DNA of 63,895 bases, filler included, from Perkinsus olseni (lineage: Eukaryota): the NCBI GenBank assembly GCA_013115125.1. It is 7 parts of 7 records of this genome, joined end to end, with 100 filler letters (N's around TTAATTAATTAA, not from the genome) between each part and the next. Parts side by side here need not be neighbours in the genome. Positions count along the whole stretch, not along the records: positions 1 to 11,301 come from JABANN010000834.1; positions 11,402 to 22,591 come from JABANN010000836.1; 5 more parts are not named here. One strand, written 5' to 3'. The position numbers and the translations under genes were made by a program. Shown here piece after piece: positions 1 through 12,323 of this stretch (position 1 is the first letter of the stretch; every line of letters begins with the position of its first letter). Below the pieces are notes generated by a model. That model was not told the DNA's origin, made no database searches, and was given only the letters and a program-made list of their open reading frames with translations.

Positions 1-331
1 CTACATCTTTTGGGTCATTAGGGGGTTCCTCCGCGGCAAATACGGACCTACTTGCCGTCGGAGGGGAGGGGTTGAGCACTGCTCAACCCCGAAGATTCGC
101 TTTCTGCCCCGTTTCTCCCTTTCCCGCTTTTCTCTTTCTTTTTCCAGCTTGCAGGGCTAACGAAGGGTTCGGGAGCACTCTGAGCGAGCCTCAAATCGTG
201 TGGTTCTGATGAGTTCGGCTGTATCGGGTGGGCACAATGTGGTAGTCTATCCCCTTCCCTGTTGAACCGCCCCATACCGAGTTGCTTGGGCAGTTCAAGA
301 TGTCTGCGTATATAGGAGTCGTCAGTCTGTA

Positions 332-455
332 GTTGTTGCTTCTCCGTTGTTGCTCATAGTCAACGCAAGGCGAGAAGGAGTATGAAGTCTTTTTCTTGCT
401 ACTTCTAAGCGTAGTCTCTCGAGGGGAATAAGCTATGCACGCATGCACAAGACGA
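332..455 (-). repeat. Dispersed repeat A, copy 1 (~120 bp)
   Basis: Reverse complement aligns closely with 23459-23577 (TCGTCTTGTGCATGCGTGCATAGCTTATTCCC...TTGACTATGAGCAACAACGGAGA). Confidence 0.85.
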
Positions 456-2120
456 CACCCAAGAATCTTGGGCCAAGATATCCAGTTATCCGTCATGTGC
501 CGAACCTCGGGGGGACAGGCCTCATCCGCGTTGGGTACTATGTACCATTGCAGTGCATAAGTTGAAGCACCGAATCCGCCAGGACTCGAAGACACGTCGA
601 ACAGTATTCGAGTCACGTTGTTCTGGCGAGCGAAGTCCTGAACTTCTGAGAAGTTCCCAGAGGTCAGCATCACTAATGCTGCCGGCAGTTCCCAAAGTTT
701 CTGGACGGAAATCCGGAAGGCTCACGACTACAGTATCATATAACAAGGAATACTGATAGCCGATTCCCTCGGTCCACTGCGCTGCTTTCTGTGTCGCGGA
801 AGGGCTTGCCGCAAGAGATCTTTTACGCAGCCGACGTCCAGATTTCTCAGTGAGCATGTCGTCCAACATTCCGTCATCGTAGTCGCCAGCTGAGAAGTCT
901 CCAGCAAAATCCCACAGAGTGTCACCCTCCTTCTGGTAGAACTCGGTCTCGAACTTCACCGTCCTCTGGAAGAGAGGATTCCAATTGGTCAGCACATTGT
1001 AGAACTGCGCGGTGATGGCATCGGCTCCAGCGGATTTGCGATAGTCGCTCAACTCGCCTATCCAGAATATGGTCTCTGTGGATCCGTCATCGAAGGTTAC
1101 CCGAATTGGGCCTTCCGGAGGGTGGGAGAACCGAGGGTCCACGGAGATCTCTGGACTCGCGAGGAAGTGCCTATTGAGTCTCTGCAGGGGGCCCTGGTAT
1201 ATCCCCAAATACGGGCCGCTCTCGGAGACAGCATCCTGCATCCACTGAAGAACAGGCTTGCCATCCGCCTCCACGTTAACATCACCCTCCTTATGCTTAG
1301 TCACCGGTGTGCCGTAGATAGCGTAATAGAACTCAGGCAAGTCCTCCGTGAATCCGAGGGTTATCACCTGAGCTCCGTTACGCATATGCGAATTGAAGAG
1401 AATGGGCATAGAATAATATAAGTCTCCGTAAGGCGTATCATACCGTAGATGGCCATCGTTGAGGCGCCTGAACTCACGCTGTAGGGCGAAGTGGAAAGGA
1501 GCCGCTATGATGCTTCCACTGTAGAACTTTCTTCGCTCCGCCGGGGTCATCGGGTCCAACACATCTGCGAACTCCCTTATCTTGTCATCAATGAATTCCT
1601 CAATGTCAACATCGAGAGAATGGAGTTTGAATCCGCAGGTGTTGGACTGAATAGATTTGTTCAGCCCGTTGGCGTCATCCGTGAAGGCGTAAGTCTCAGT
1701 CAAGCCATACTTCAGATTGTGGAGGGTGAAGAGAGCGTTGAAGTTGGTGATGGTCAGACTGTTGAGGCATCTGTTCACATCGTCTGCCTTGGCCCATACG
1801 TAATCCTTTTTGGTATCGTCAGCAAGATGCTCTTGGACTGTCTGACCCCTCGCTGGGTCGAGGAGAGCGCATTCGTCAACAGCAGGAATTAGCGGTGTCG
1901 GTATATTAGACGTGTTCGCAGGGCCACAGGGAATGGGGGGATGACTGCCGTGACACACCGCACCAGGTCCCACCTTGTAGAACATACAGTAGGAGTCATT
2001 ACGCTGCATCACATCGCGGCAGGCTTGGTTCCATTTTTCGGGGTCAGGGGGTTGGCCTTGGACTAGAGACTTCGAGACCCACCAGAAGGTAACCATGAAG
2101 AGGCGAAGCGAGCGCATCAT
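456..2120 (-). pseudogene. Secreted peptidase S41-like protein (tail-specific-protease-like), frameshifted and truncated or interrupted
   Basis: N-terminal signal peptide (MMRSLRLFMVTFWWVSKSLVQG), FRRLNDGHLRY motif and a PDZ-like 'ADGKPV' segment. Similarity continues in another frame from ~658 (VTRILFDVSSSPGG, resembling the 'LIIDLxxNGGG' motif) and then runs into a dispersed repeat at 455. Confidence 0.55.
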
Positions 2121-3901
2121 TGATGGTGAAAACTCTCTGCAATTGGGCCGCGGTACGCTTAGACGATGATCACACCCTCCACCGTGGAAGCTTACCCACG
2201 TACCCGCTGGTCGATAACCTTCTTCGAAGGAGTCCTTAGCTTTGAGCTGATAGTGTGCATGCGTGCGCGTTTAGCCAGTACCTGACCAGTAGCTCCATTG
2301 CTGATGAACTTCATCAGCAGTGGCGACTCTCTCTTCGCCTCCTGCTCGAGCGGAGATCCTGCTCGAGTGTAGAAGCCACACGATTATTCGCTCGAGGAGG
2401 CGACCGCGTGTCGACCCGCTCCGATCAAATCCCAAATATCTGGAAAGAGTCGTGTAGGGGCCGTAGGATTTTGTCTCCGGCTGGTGACGTGGCCGTCCGA
2501 GTGCAAGCATGCGATCGTTGAGGGTGGTGTGCTCTAGAGTGTCAATCCTGCGATATGCAAGAGCTACTTGCCCGTTCAGTACTACCCAGGCTGGGTAACT
2601 GGGTAACCCAGCTACCCGGCCATCATCGCTGCACATTCCTTCACTTCTACTGCATACCACTAGTCCCAAAGTACTATCAGGCCTCACTCTACGCCTCGCA
2701 CTCGCGCGTGTATGCGTTCTTAGCGTCCGTGCGGGAGGGTATGACGTATGCAAGTGGGTTGAGCAGGGTTACGCTAAGTCTCCCTCACCGTAAAAACCTA
2801 TGAAAAACCACACCTTTCCGACCTGCGAGAATTCCCTCTACCTCCGACTCTGGCGTCAGCGTCCATAATGATGAGGACATCACTGGCAGGGTAGAAGAGT
2901 GAAGTGCATTGTTACACTACCTCTGCCCCAGGGTAGTAGTATTGGCGTATTCTGGCACAAGACATGTTTGGTCCCACTTAGCGTAATTCTGGTTCTGAGT
3001 GTTTGAGTATTGATTTTGGGTATTTACATATTTTGGTCCAACATCGGCTTTGTTTTAACTGAGAGTTGGGGTTTCTAAGGCGTGTGGCAATTCGAATCTG
3101 ATGATCCGGTCAGAACTTGTTCTGTTCGGAATAAGACGTACATCAGCGTCGACATTCGGACCTTATACTAGACTGGGAATGGGTTTCGTTGCGGATACGG
3201 CGCACATCGTGCAGTACACTGACAATCATCCTCAACCTGGGAATCTCGCTGCTCAAAACCGCCAATCTCAGCTCGGGCATTCATTGCTTCAACGACGTCC
3301 GACGGTTTTCGCACAAAATCTCTGTTGTCCCAGAGATACCGTCCTCAAGAAAGCGATGCAAAAAATCCAGATGTACAAAAATGAGGCCTCTATTCCACGC
3401 TAATGCCGCGTCAAAGTTCCCCTCCCGCAACGATGACGTCTCCCGATCACGCAAAATCCAAACACCGGAGAACACGGTTCATCGAAAAAGCTGCTCACCA
3501 AGAGAACTTTCATCTTCGCAGGCCGTGACTACCCAAAACCAGTGACAACCCAAGGCCACAATCTACCAAACAACGTTATGACAAAGTATTAACATACAGT
3601 AGATGTTTCTTCATATTAGAGCGTTCCAATGAATCTACGAACTGCTTTCAAGACATTTCCATCTTTGTGGAACTTCCCAGCCGAGGAATCCTAGGCAACC
3701 CAGCCTCCAATTTATGATCACACATTTCAGAAACACTCGGCGCATTACGCGCGAGGGTCAATGATAGCAGTAGCTTACGAGCTCAGAAGACAAGCAAGCT
3801 GCCATTCGCTAAACAATAGTAACTTCATTCTATAGTGGTAAGCTTTGGCCTGCTAATCTTCAAACCAGAGAAAAGATGCACAGTCCTATAGGAATGAACA
3901 T

Positions 3902-5335
3902 TCATTGCAAGTAATAATCAACTACTTGGAAAGCTGCTACAGACGTACCAACGACCAACGTAAAACAGCCAAAGATGAAGATGCCGGTGCGTTTAGCATT
4001 CTCCGGAGCAAGTAACCTTTTACTCTTGGATACCGCTATATTGAAACCACCGGGAGCCAGGAAGCACAGAATCGAGCCCGATATCGCACCAACCACACCC
4101 AGAATGATCGATATATCAGGCAGGCAAGCAGCAATGATGTATGTGAGTAATACAACTACAGTAACAGTGACGACGCCAACGAGCTCAGGTCGTTTGGGCC
4201 TTAAAATGGTAACGACAGCAACTCTGACCGGGTACACTGTGAAAGGATACGTACCGATGTAAGCAACAGCCGAAAGCACGAGACCAATTATGACAACCAC
4301 ATTGCCTTCGGGTATGAATTTATTCATATTAAGGATGATGCTACTTTGTACTTCGCTGCCATAAACAAGCGTGAAACATATTGAAATCAACAAGTAAACG
4401 ACGAGACACACGGAAGACGCCCAAGCCGCGACAATGCGAAATTTCCTCGGGCTTCTATCACTCATCTCCATATAAATATCGGGAATATTGCACTGATTAC
4501 AGAAAGCGAAGATGAAAGTGTTTGCAGCCCCTAGACAGGATACCCAACCAGTAGGAGCATAGAACGTGATATCGTTAGTGGTGAAGTCCGGAGACAAACC
4601 TTCAGTGGCGAGAAGAAAGACTCCTACGAAACCCAAGTAAAATATGCCGAAAATAGACACAAGAGTTAGATACCTCAATGAGCTCATCCTCCTCACAAGG
4701 GAAATAGGGTAGAGGACCACTGCCAAGACAAGAAGCGAAAGATAGACGCGCTTCGTTAGAAGGTTACCGTACCAGGTATCCGACTCGACAACAGCGGCAA
4801 AAAGAGAAGATAAGATATCTGTTACAGTGATGAGGTAACCACTGCCGGCACCAACACAGAAGATCATGATAGGAGCTTGAAACCAATAGCCAACAGCGTT
4901 CCCAAACAAGTAGGGGACGAGCTCCGCGTAGGAAGTCTTTCCGGACACTTCTATCGCAGTCACGATCATCTCCAAAGAATACACCATCAAGATAGCCATC
5001 ATGATGAGTAGAAGAATGCCAAAAATGAAACCACCGTTGACCATCGCGAACGTAGACGACAGAGCTGCAGCTCCCAAAGTAGCCTTGATGACAGCGATTG
5101 TTGCCGTACCAGCCGAGCCAGGCGAGAGGAACCCCTCCGAACTGCCGGGTTGTGGATCGTCCTCCTTTACAAGTTCTTCCTTTGTATCCAGATAACTTCC
5201 ACTGGCCATCCCTTTCACCGGAGAGGCATGCAGGCCAAGATCAGATGCTGGTGTGCAAGTTCTCGAGATGACCAGATCGTCTACGGAGACAGTATCATCG
5301 CCACTATCGTACAGCGTCTTCGGTAATTCCGGCAT
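3902..5335 (-). CDS. Amino acid transporter, AAAP/SLC38-like (Aa_trans), 477 aa, intronless
   Basis: About 11 hydrophobic segments; motifs KATLGAAALS, SSLRYL, FAFCNQCNIPDIY, TYPFTVYPVR. Confidence 0.9.
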   Translation of the reverse strand: MPELPKTLYDSGDDTVSVDDLVISRTCTPASDLGLHASPVKGMASGSYLDTKEELVKEDDPQPGSSEGFLSPGSAGTATIAVIKATLGAAALSSTFAMVNGGFIFGILLLIMMAILMVYSLEMIVTAIEVSGKTSYAELVPYLFGNAVGYWFQAPIMIFCVGAGSGYLITVTDILSSLFAAVVESDTWYGNLLTKRVYLSLLVLAVVLYPISLVRRMSSLRYLTLVSIFGIFYLGFVGVFLLATEGLSPDFTTNDITFYAPTGWVSCLGAANTFIFAFCNQCNIPDIYMEMSDRSPRKFRIVAAWASSVCLVVYLLISICFTLVYGSEVQSSIILNMNKFIPEGNVVVIIGLVLSAVAYIGTYPFTVYPVRVAVVTILRPKRPELVGVVTVTVVVLLTYIIAACLPDISIILGVVGAISGSILCFLAPGGFNIAVSKSKRLLAPENAKRTGIFIFGCFTLVVGTSVAAFQVVDYYLQ

Positions 5336-6021
5336 TTAACGTCGTGGACCCCGGACTAGATGGGATACAACACCCCTGAAAAAAACTGCAAAAAACAAGA
5401 TACTATCCGTCTTAAAGACACACTCGCCTTCAAGTCCGCTCACAAAAGCTTCGCTCCATCTCTAGCCACGGGTGGGATGTGCGGGTCGTCGTCGTTTTGC
5501 GTCCTTACGCTAGAGTAGTACATCCGTTGTGTTCGAGCACCCAGGACAGTTATTTGATCAGCTTGTTGGGATTAGGTCATTAGCTAGCGTTACTTTCTTC
5601 CTCCGTTATTCGACTTGCATTCTGTCCTGTTCAGGGATTGAGTCTCAATCCCAGCGAAGTAGGGTCTTACGATTCAGCGCGGTTGAATCCACGACTTCCT
5701 GCAATGGAGTTGTTGTGTGCTTGGAGTACTCTGGATGGGTGAGGGATTCTCTTCGAGCTCATCCATAAACTAGCAACAACACAACTCGCACTTAGGGTCA
5801 GAAAGAATGGGATATCGCAATTTACAATGAAAGAAACATTGCCAGAAGCAACTACTAACGTCTAACTTATTCGCTAAAATCGTAGTTTCTACTTGACAAC
5901 GGAACCACTGGCAAATTGCGCCCATCACTGAAACCATGTTAACAACTAGTCTTCTATAACCGATATGAGACGCCGTGGCAAGTAATAATATTCTATCCAA
6001 CGCTACTTCCTTCGACCGATG

Positions 6022-7431
6022 TTACTTGCTATAGTACTCGACAATCTGGTAGAAGGATATACAAGTACCCAGAACAAGCGTCAAACAACCGAAAATGAAC
6101 AACAGAGAAGGTTTTATGTTCTCTCGACAGAAGAACTTGAACCTCTTCTCTGATATCGCTAATGCGAAGGCACCGGGGGCGATGAAGCTCAAGATGGAAC
6201 CAGCTATGGCACCAACCAGGCCAAGGATAACAGAAACATCAGGCAGTACGACAGCAACGGCATAAGAGATGGCAATCACTGAAGTGACGATAACGACTCC
6301 CCAGAGATCCGGCCGCTTGGGCTTGGCGGCATTCAGAATTGTAACCTTGATGGGGTGAACGTTGAGAGGATAAGACACGATGAAAGCAATGCCAGAGAAA
6401 ATGAAGCCGGCAATGACCACAGCGTTACCCTCCGGAATCCACGCGCTGAGGTTGAGGATGATGTTGCTCTTCGTATCGTAGCCGAATACGAAAAAGTAGA
6501 TGACACCGATGGAAATGTAGGCTGCGAGTGAAATCACAGCCGACATGACGGCCACCCAGCGCATACGGCCAAGACTGCGAGGATGCATTTCTGCGTAGAT
6601 CTCAGGAATGTTGGCTTGGTTACAGGAGGCGAAGATGAATGTATTTACAGCCTGTAGTAGAAGAATCCAATTCACAGGACCAGCTGCCTGACTGGCGTCG
6701 AAAGAGTCCGAGGGACCATAGCAAATGAGAAGATAGATTGCTACGACGGCTAAGTAACAAACGCCGATGCTGCCACAGAGTGTAAGGTAACGTAAGGAGC
6801 TGATGTTCTTCACAAGAGAGATCGGATAGAGAACAAAGACGGCAAGGACTAGAGAAAGATAGACTCGCTCCGTGAGCATCTTGCCGTACCACGTGTTCTC
6901 TTGGCCGATCAAAATTTGGCTGAACACCGGCGAGAGAATATCGAACATTGTTACCAGATAAGTAGCACAACTACCCAGACTGAAGGCAATGACGGCGAAC
7001 TGGAAGATGTAGCCGACTTTCCGGCCCATCAGATGATCGACGATATCGACATATGATGTCTTGCCGGTCTTTTCGACGACATTCACAATGTACTCAAGAG
7101 ACAGGACGTTGAGAACGGACATGGCAACCAGCAGTACAATACCAGCAACAAAGCCACCAGTGGCCATGGCATACGCCACAGCAAAAGGTGCGGCACCCAG
7201 AGTTGCCTTCACCACTGCTATAGCGGCGGTGACGGGAGAACCGGGGGAGATGAGATGGCAAGTGGCGATGTCCTTCCAGCTCATCATGGCCTTCTCATCG
7301 CCCTCGAGCTTCCCTGGAAAGGTAGTGTCGGGAGCTGAACTCGTGGTGGATCGGCTAGTCGACTGCTGGACTTGCCGCCGGAACATATGGTCATCAGCAG
7401 TGTCGCTGAACGGGTCTGAGGTAGAACTCAT
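6022..7431 (-). CDS. Amino acid transporter, AAAP/SLC38-like, 469 aa, intronless
   Basis: Paralogue of both neighbours: KATLGAA, SSLRYL, CNQANIPEIY, SYPLNVHPIK. Confidence 0.9.
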   Translation of the reverse strand: MSSTSDPFSDTADDHMFRRQVQQSTSRSTTSSAPDTTFPGKLEGDEKAMMSWKDIATCHLISPGSPVTAAIAVVKATLGAAPFAVAYAMATGGFVAGIVLLVAMSVLNVLSLEYIVNVVEKTGKTSYVDIVDHLMGRKVGYIFQFAVIAFSLGSCATYLVTMFDILSPVFSQILIGQENTWYGKMLTERVYLSLVLAVFVLYPISLVKNISSLRYLTLCGSIGVCYLAVVAIYLLICYGPSDSFDASQAAGPVNWILLLQAVNTFIFASCNQANIPEIYAEMHPRSLGRMRWVAVMSAVISLAAYISIGVIYFFVFGYDTKSNIILNLSAWIPEGNAVVIAGFIFSGIAFIVSYPLNVHPIKVTILNAAKPKRPDLWGVVIVTSVIAISYAVAVVLPDVSVILGLVGAIAGSILSFIAPGAFALAISEKRFKFFCRENIKPSLLFIFGCLTLVLGTCISFYQIVEYYSK

Positions 7432-9356
7432 TGTAAACTACTCTGAGGCAGAAAGATAGCCCAAGTTAGAGAACGAGAACTGGGAGAGTCATCGTTCGAC
7501 ACTTAGGGCTCAGTCATTACTCTCAACGCAGCACAACTGACTTGGACAGGAAAAGGGCATAGTACACCAATATAGATATACAATACCAAAGCGCATTCTG
7601 CTAGGAAGAAACTTATCATTGATCGGCAATAGGATGCTCACAGCCACAATAGGTTGGAGCAGCCTAGAGTCATCATCAGTATAGTTGGACCCCCCAGTAA
7701 TCAGCAGTCTCAATCACCGACACGATGGCGATCTCGAGAGCAACCATTGCACAACCTTCGAATGGGTTATCTCTGTTATCTACAGAGCGATGGCCACCTC
7801 GAACATACGACCATGACCGACAAATAGTGGTGATAGCGACAGCAACGAACACAAATGTTGTTGTTGCTGCTGCTACTACCATCGCACAACAGAGACGATG
7901 CTGTTATCAGAGTGCCGTTGCTGTTGAGGGTAGGCAGTGAACGATCGAGAAGTGAATGGTAGTGACAACAGCACTACTAATTCGATCTTACGCCATGAAA
8001 GAGTAGCAACGACATTACAAAGAACAGCAACATAAACAAGCAGAACGAATGCAACCAAGTTACAAGGAAGTAGGTTTTAGTTTCATGTGGTAGCGATAGG
8101 ACTGGTAGTAGGTGATAAGGGCAGAACGAGCTGCCAGAAAGCGGACAGAAGGAACCGAGGTGTAACTTGAGGAACGTGAGCAGGAATTGACGGGATGATG
8201 AGCTCGTGATGAACGCCTTATTATTTAACAGGTCTCAGAATAATGATATCCACGTCATTACTTCAGCGACCAAGGCGAGACCAACGACACCATACATGGT
8301 GCGATGACGACTTCCACTAATTAGCGCTGAGTAAAGCGATACAGCGCAGAATACCAACAGCAACGACAAAGACAGCTGTGACGATGACATCAGGATGAAT
8401 CGATAAGACGTGCTTATCGTTGACACCAATAATGACATCGGCGGATGGTGATGCTGATGGTAGTTAATATAGGGGAGCGCTGCTACTCGAAAGCTGTTAT
8501 TATTTACTTGTGAAAGGGACGAACAACAGCACCATATCTGTGTAATGACAAGACGGATTGCAAAGCAGCAGAGCTGGATGAGAACAGCTGCTGACTAGCG
8601 CAAGACTATCGCTACTGTGTAGGCAATCAATAGCAGCAGATGATAGGATAGAAGCTCGACAAGTAGAGATACAGTAGAAGATCATCATCATCATAACAAT
8701 CATCGAACCACAGCGGTGGCTTCCTTCCTTCAGCAGCGAAAGCTAACTTCCTTGAAGCGACTGCAGTAACTTCGACTGGCACCACTGTGATGGGAATGGA
8801 ATGACTTGCAGCAGCTTTTTATCACGATCTCATCATCAGTACAGTTTCCTGCTCGCGCATCTCGTAAACACCGTTTGATACAATATAATGATGGCAGCTA
8901 TGACCGATACGCCAGTGTTATCAACTCCGTAGGTGTAACGGCAGCAGTCGAGTTAACCTCCGCTCGGCTGCGTCTATGAGTAGGAACATTCACCATACTC
9001 ACTACAAGTTGAAATCGACTGGTAAACCGAGTTCTACACTACTACTACCAGCTCATCACTACTTTAGTATAAATCTGCTATTCGATGGTCCTTATGATAA
9101 TGGAAATGAAACCAATCGGATCCGAAAGCGGAAGGATTGGTCATGACCAGTAGAGCCATCAATAGTTATAGCAGCAGAATGCATCACGACGACGACAACG
9201 TAGAAGAATCAACAGCAGGCTAGAAACATGATAGGAATGCTACTATTCTATTTTTATTATTATTATCAGGAACAACGATAATGACCCTCTAAACAACACC
9301 ATTGTCGTCGTTATAATTCTTCGAGAGATGACGAATGAAGTTGACGACAGCATTCT

Positions 9357-10838
9357 TTAGGACCCCTCAGCGAATTGCAAGATTTCATAGACCGAGATTG
9401 CGGTACCACCGACTAGAGTGATGCAGCCGAGAATGACGAAAGCGGCATATAGCCAGTTTTCGGGGGCGAAGAACTTCTTGCTCTTCGAAGTCGAAATGCA
9501 GAAGTAGCCGGGGGCGATGAAGCAAAGGATCGATCCGGAAATTGCACCAACGATACCCATAAGGATGGATACATCAGGCAAGGCGATATCGATGAGGTAG
9601 GAGATGACAACCGCAAAGGTGACCGCAACCACGCCCCAGAAATCAGCACGCTTGGGCTCGAACGTGTTGACCACGGCAACCCTGACAGGGTAGATCATAA
9701 AGGGGTAGGTGCCAATGAACGAAATGGCCATCCAAATGAACCCGATGATGACGACAACATCACCTTGAGGTAGATAATCGGCCATGTTGAGCAAGACACT
9801 GCTCTGTGAATCGGGACCGAAAACAAGAAGGAACGGGATGGCGATGGCGAAGTAGACAGCAGTGCTGACAATAGCCGACCAGATGGCCACCCATCGAAGC
9901 TTCTTCGGGCTCCTTGGGTTCATCTCCATGTAGATCTCCGGCATGTTGGCTTGATTGCAGTAACCGAAGATGTATGTGGTGACACCTTCCAGACAATCAA
10001 TCCAGTTGATAGGAGCGTATGCTTGACCATACTTGAAGTCAGCAGCCATACCATAGGTGCCGAGGAGGTAGAATGCTACGATGGCCAACCAGAACATACC
10101 GAGGATGCTGACGATGGTGAGGTACCTCAATGAACCGAGGCTCTTGACCAGACAGATGGGGTACATGACAATACCCAACATGATGAGGGAGAGGTAGTAC
10201 CTCGAGGTGAGCATAATGTGGTACCAAGCATGTGGCTCATTGATGGTAAGTTGATTGAACAATGGTGCTAATGAATCGACAACAGTAACCAAATAGGAGG
10301 CGCTGCTACCAAGGCAGAAGACGACCATGGCAATCTGGAAGACATATAATATTTTACGGCCGTAAAGATACTCAATGATGGTGGCATAAGACCTCTTGCC
10401 AGTCTTCTCAACAGTCTTCACGATCATGTCCAAAGAGAGGACATTCAGCACCGCGAATACCATCAACAAGACGATAGCGGAGACATAACCGCCAATTGCC
10501 ATCTCATAGGTATTGGATAGAATAGCACCACCCAGAGTTGCTTTGACGACAGCGATAGTCGCTGTAAACGATGAGCCGGGGGCGAAGGTCCTGCTAGCCC
10601 AGGTCTCCTTCTTCGGTTGCATCTCTTCGACGGAGGAGGTGGCCTCCGAGGCAGTCGATAACTGCGACTGCGATTTGGTCCTTTCATTTGACTGGACCGT
10701 ACCAACACTCTGAGAGACAGAGGCGAGCTCGTCCCGGACAGAGCCTTCAGTGCTGGTACTGCTGGCCGCTTGGGTCGAGATATGGTCAGTAGCAATGACA
10801 CTAGTTGTGTTGGTCGAAGTCATCGTTGTAATAGACAT
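9357..10838 (-). CDS. Amino acid transporter, AAAP/SLC38-like, 493 aa, intronless
   Basis: KATLGGAILS, GSLRYL, CNQANMPEIY, TYPFMIYPVR; Ser/Thr-rich N-terminus. Confidence 0.9.
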   Translation of the reverse strand: MSITTMTSTNTTSVIATDHISTQAASSTSTEGSVRDELASVSQSVGTVQSNERTKSQSQLSTASEATSSVEEMQPKKETWASRTFAPGSSFTATIAVVKATLGGAILSNTYEMAIGGYVSAIVLLMVFAVLNVLSLDMIVKTVEKTGKRSYATIIEYLYGRKILYVFQIAMVVFCLGSSASYLVTVVDSLAPLFNQLTINEPHAWYHIMLTSRYYLSLIMLGIVMYPICLVKSLGSLRYLTIVSILGMFWLAIVAFYLLGTYGMAADFKYGQAYAPINWIDCLEGVTTYIFGYCNQANMPEIYMEMNPRSPKKLRWVAIWSAIVSTAVYFAIAIPFLLVFGPDSQSSVLLNMADYLPQGDVVVIIGFIWMAISFIGTYPFMIYPVRVAVVNTFEPKRADFWGVVAVTFAVVISYLIDIALPDVSILMGIVGAISGSILCFIAPGYFCISTSKSKKFFAPENWLYAAFVILGCITLVGGTAISVYEILQFAEGS

Positions 10839-11301
10839 GGATTATCTTGTAATTATCGGTTAGTTGAGAACACAAGGATGATGGATGGTAACACCGACAT
10901 CAACACTAAAAAGAAAAGGACAGAAATTCATACGGATGATCAACGCCACCGCCCCTCAACGCAAGTCCAATCAACACTTCAACAGGCAGGCCTGATGCTG
11001 TTCATGATGCTCATGCCGACTTTACGAGGAGAACTCGGGTTAGTTACCTCCGTCGTAGTAACTGAGGGAGGGGAGGAGATGATTATGATGCCCTGAGGAG
11101 ATGATTAGTTTACTCCAACAGACCGTGGCGTCCTCGCTTCTTCTCGTCTGATGGTCGGATGGAGCGAATGAGCATCACTAGATGCGCCACAGCCCAGGCG
11201 ATGATCATCTGATCAATCGGAAGAACATTGGAGGAGGCGTTGAACTGAACGGTGGAGGACTACACAAGCCAGAAGGTTGACGAGGAAGGCGAAGGAGACG
11301 G

Positions 11302-11401
11302 NNNNNNNNNNNNNNNNNNNNNNNNNNNNNNNNNNNNNNNNNNNNTTAATTAATTAANNNNNNNNNNNNNNNNNNNNNNNNNNNNNNNNNNNNNNNNNNN
11401 N
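11302..11401. other. Artificial contig linker
   Basis: N-run with central TTAATTAATTAA (stop codons in all six frames). Confidence 0.98.
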
Positions 11402-12323
11402 GCCCTGAGTCACAATCGCTACGGAGAAATTAGAAAAAAACTTCATGTGATATAATTTTGTGGACGGGTTTAGATGCTGCGATCCGAGACCAAGCCTCAA
11501 CCCCGAGTCACTACCTTGAGACGCCCATCAGTTGCGGCGGCATCACTCGCCCAATCAGTATGCCTGCCATATACTACGAAGGCGTGGCCAGCGAGCTTCT
11601 TCAATGACCCAATCACAGGCTCAGTATCTGACGCAGGAAGAGTTGTTCGTCGCGAGCTACACAGTCTCTTCAACTCTACTCATCTCCGGCCTCTCGAAGC
11701 CGCAGCACTTGCAGTTGGGAGGACGCGGCGGAGCGAAATCCACTTTCGGATCGCTCGTCTCCGGCGAGGACGATGTCAATTGCTGGGGGACGCCGACTGA
11801 ACTGCTGCTAGCCATGCGAAGAACGGAACACACAATTCAACGCGCATATCGAGAGAACCGGCATAGCAACGCAACCTTGGGAAACTCCAGTTTATGCTTT
11901 CTACGGTAAGTAAAGGACAATGCCTTGGGCAATATCCCCAACGGTTGACCGAAGAACAAATTAGTCGACATCGCAGCCTCTACTCCTCATCGTTCGGCTT
12001 GACGTCGTCCTAAACGAACGCACAGACTACTGAAGGCGAGTATCGCCCACTATCGAACGATCTCATGAGCTCCCACCCGCTACGTTCATTCCGAGGAGCA
12101 CCAAGTAAGACTGTCACAAGGACTTGAGGAGTCGGGACAGAAGCACCAAGGGCCTTTTCCAGATAACTGTCTACAGGCTTTTCGCCATACTCCGACGTTT
12201 CAAGTCAAACGCGCGCGACCTTAAATTCTCAGAATATGCCCATCGACCAGACAAGGACATCGAATCACCACGAATACTATTGGACCGAGTTTGCCAGCGA
12301 TCTTCTCCCCGTTGATGGGCTAC

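Noticed and set aside
2868-2998. ATGATGA...CTGA as a box C/D snoRNA
   Set aside because: No terminal stem or recognisable rRNA guide was seen; such short motifs occur by chance.
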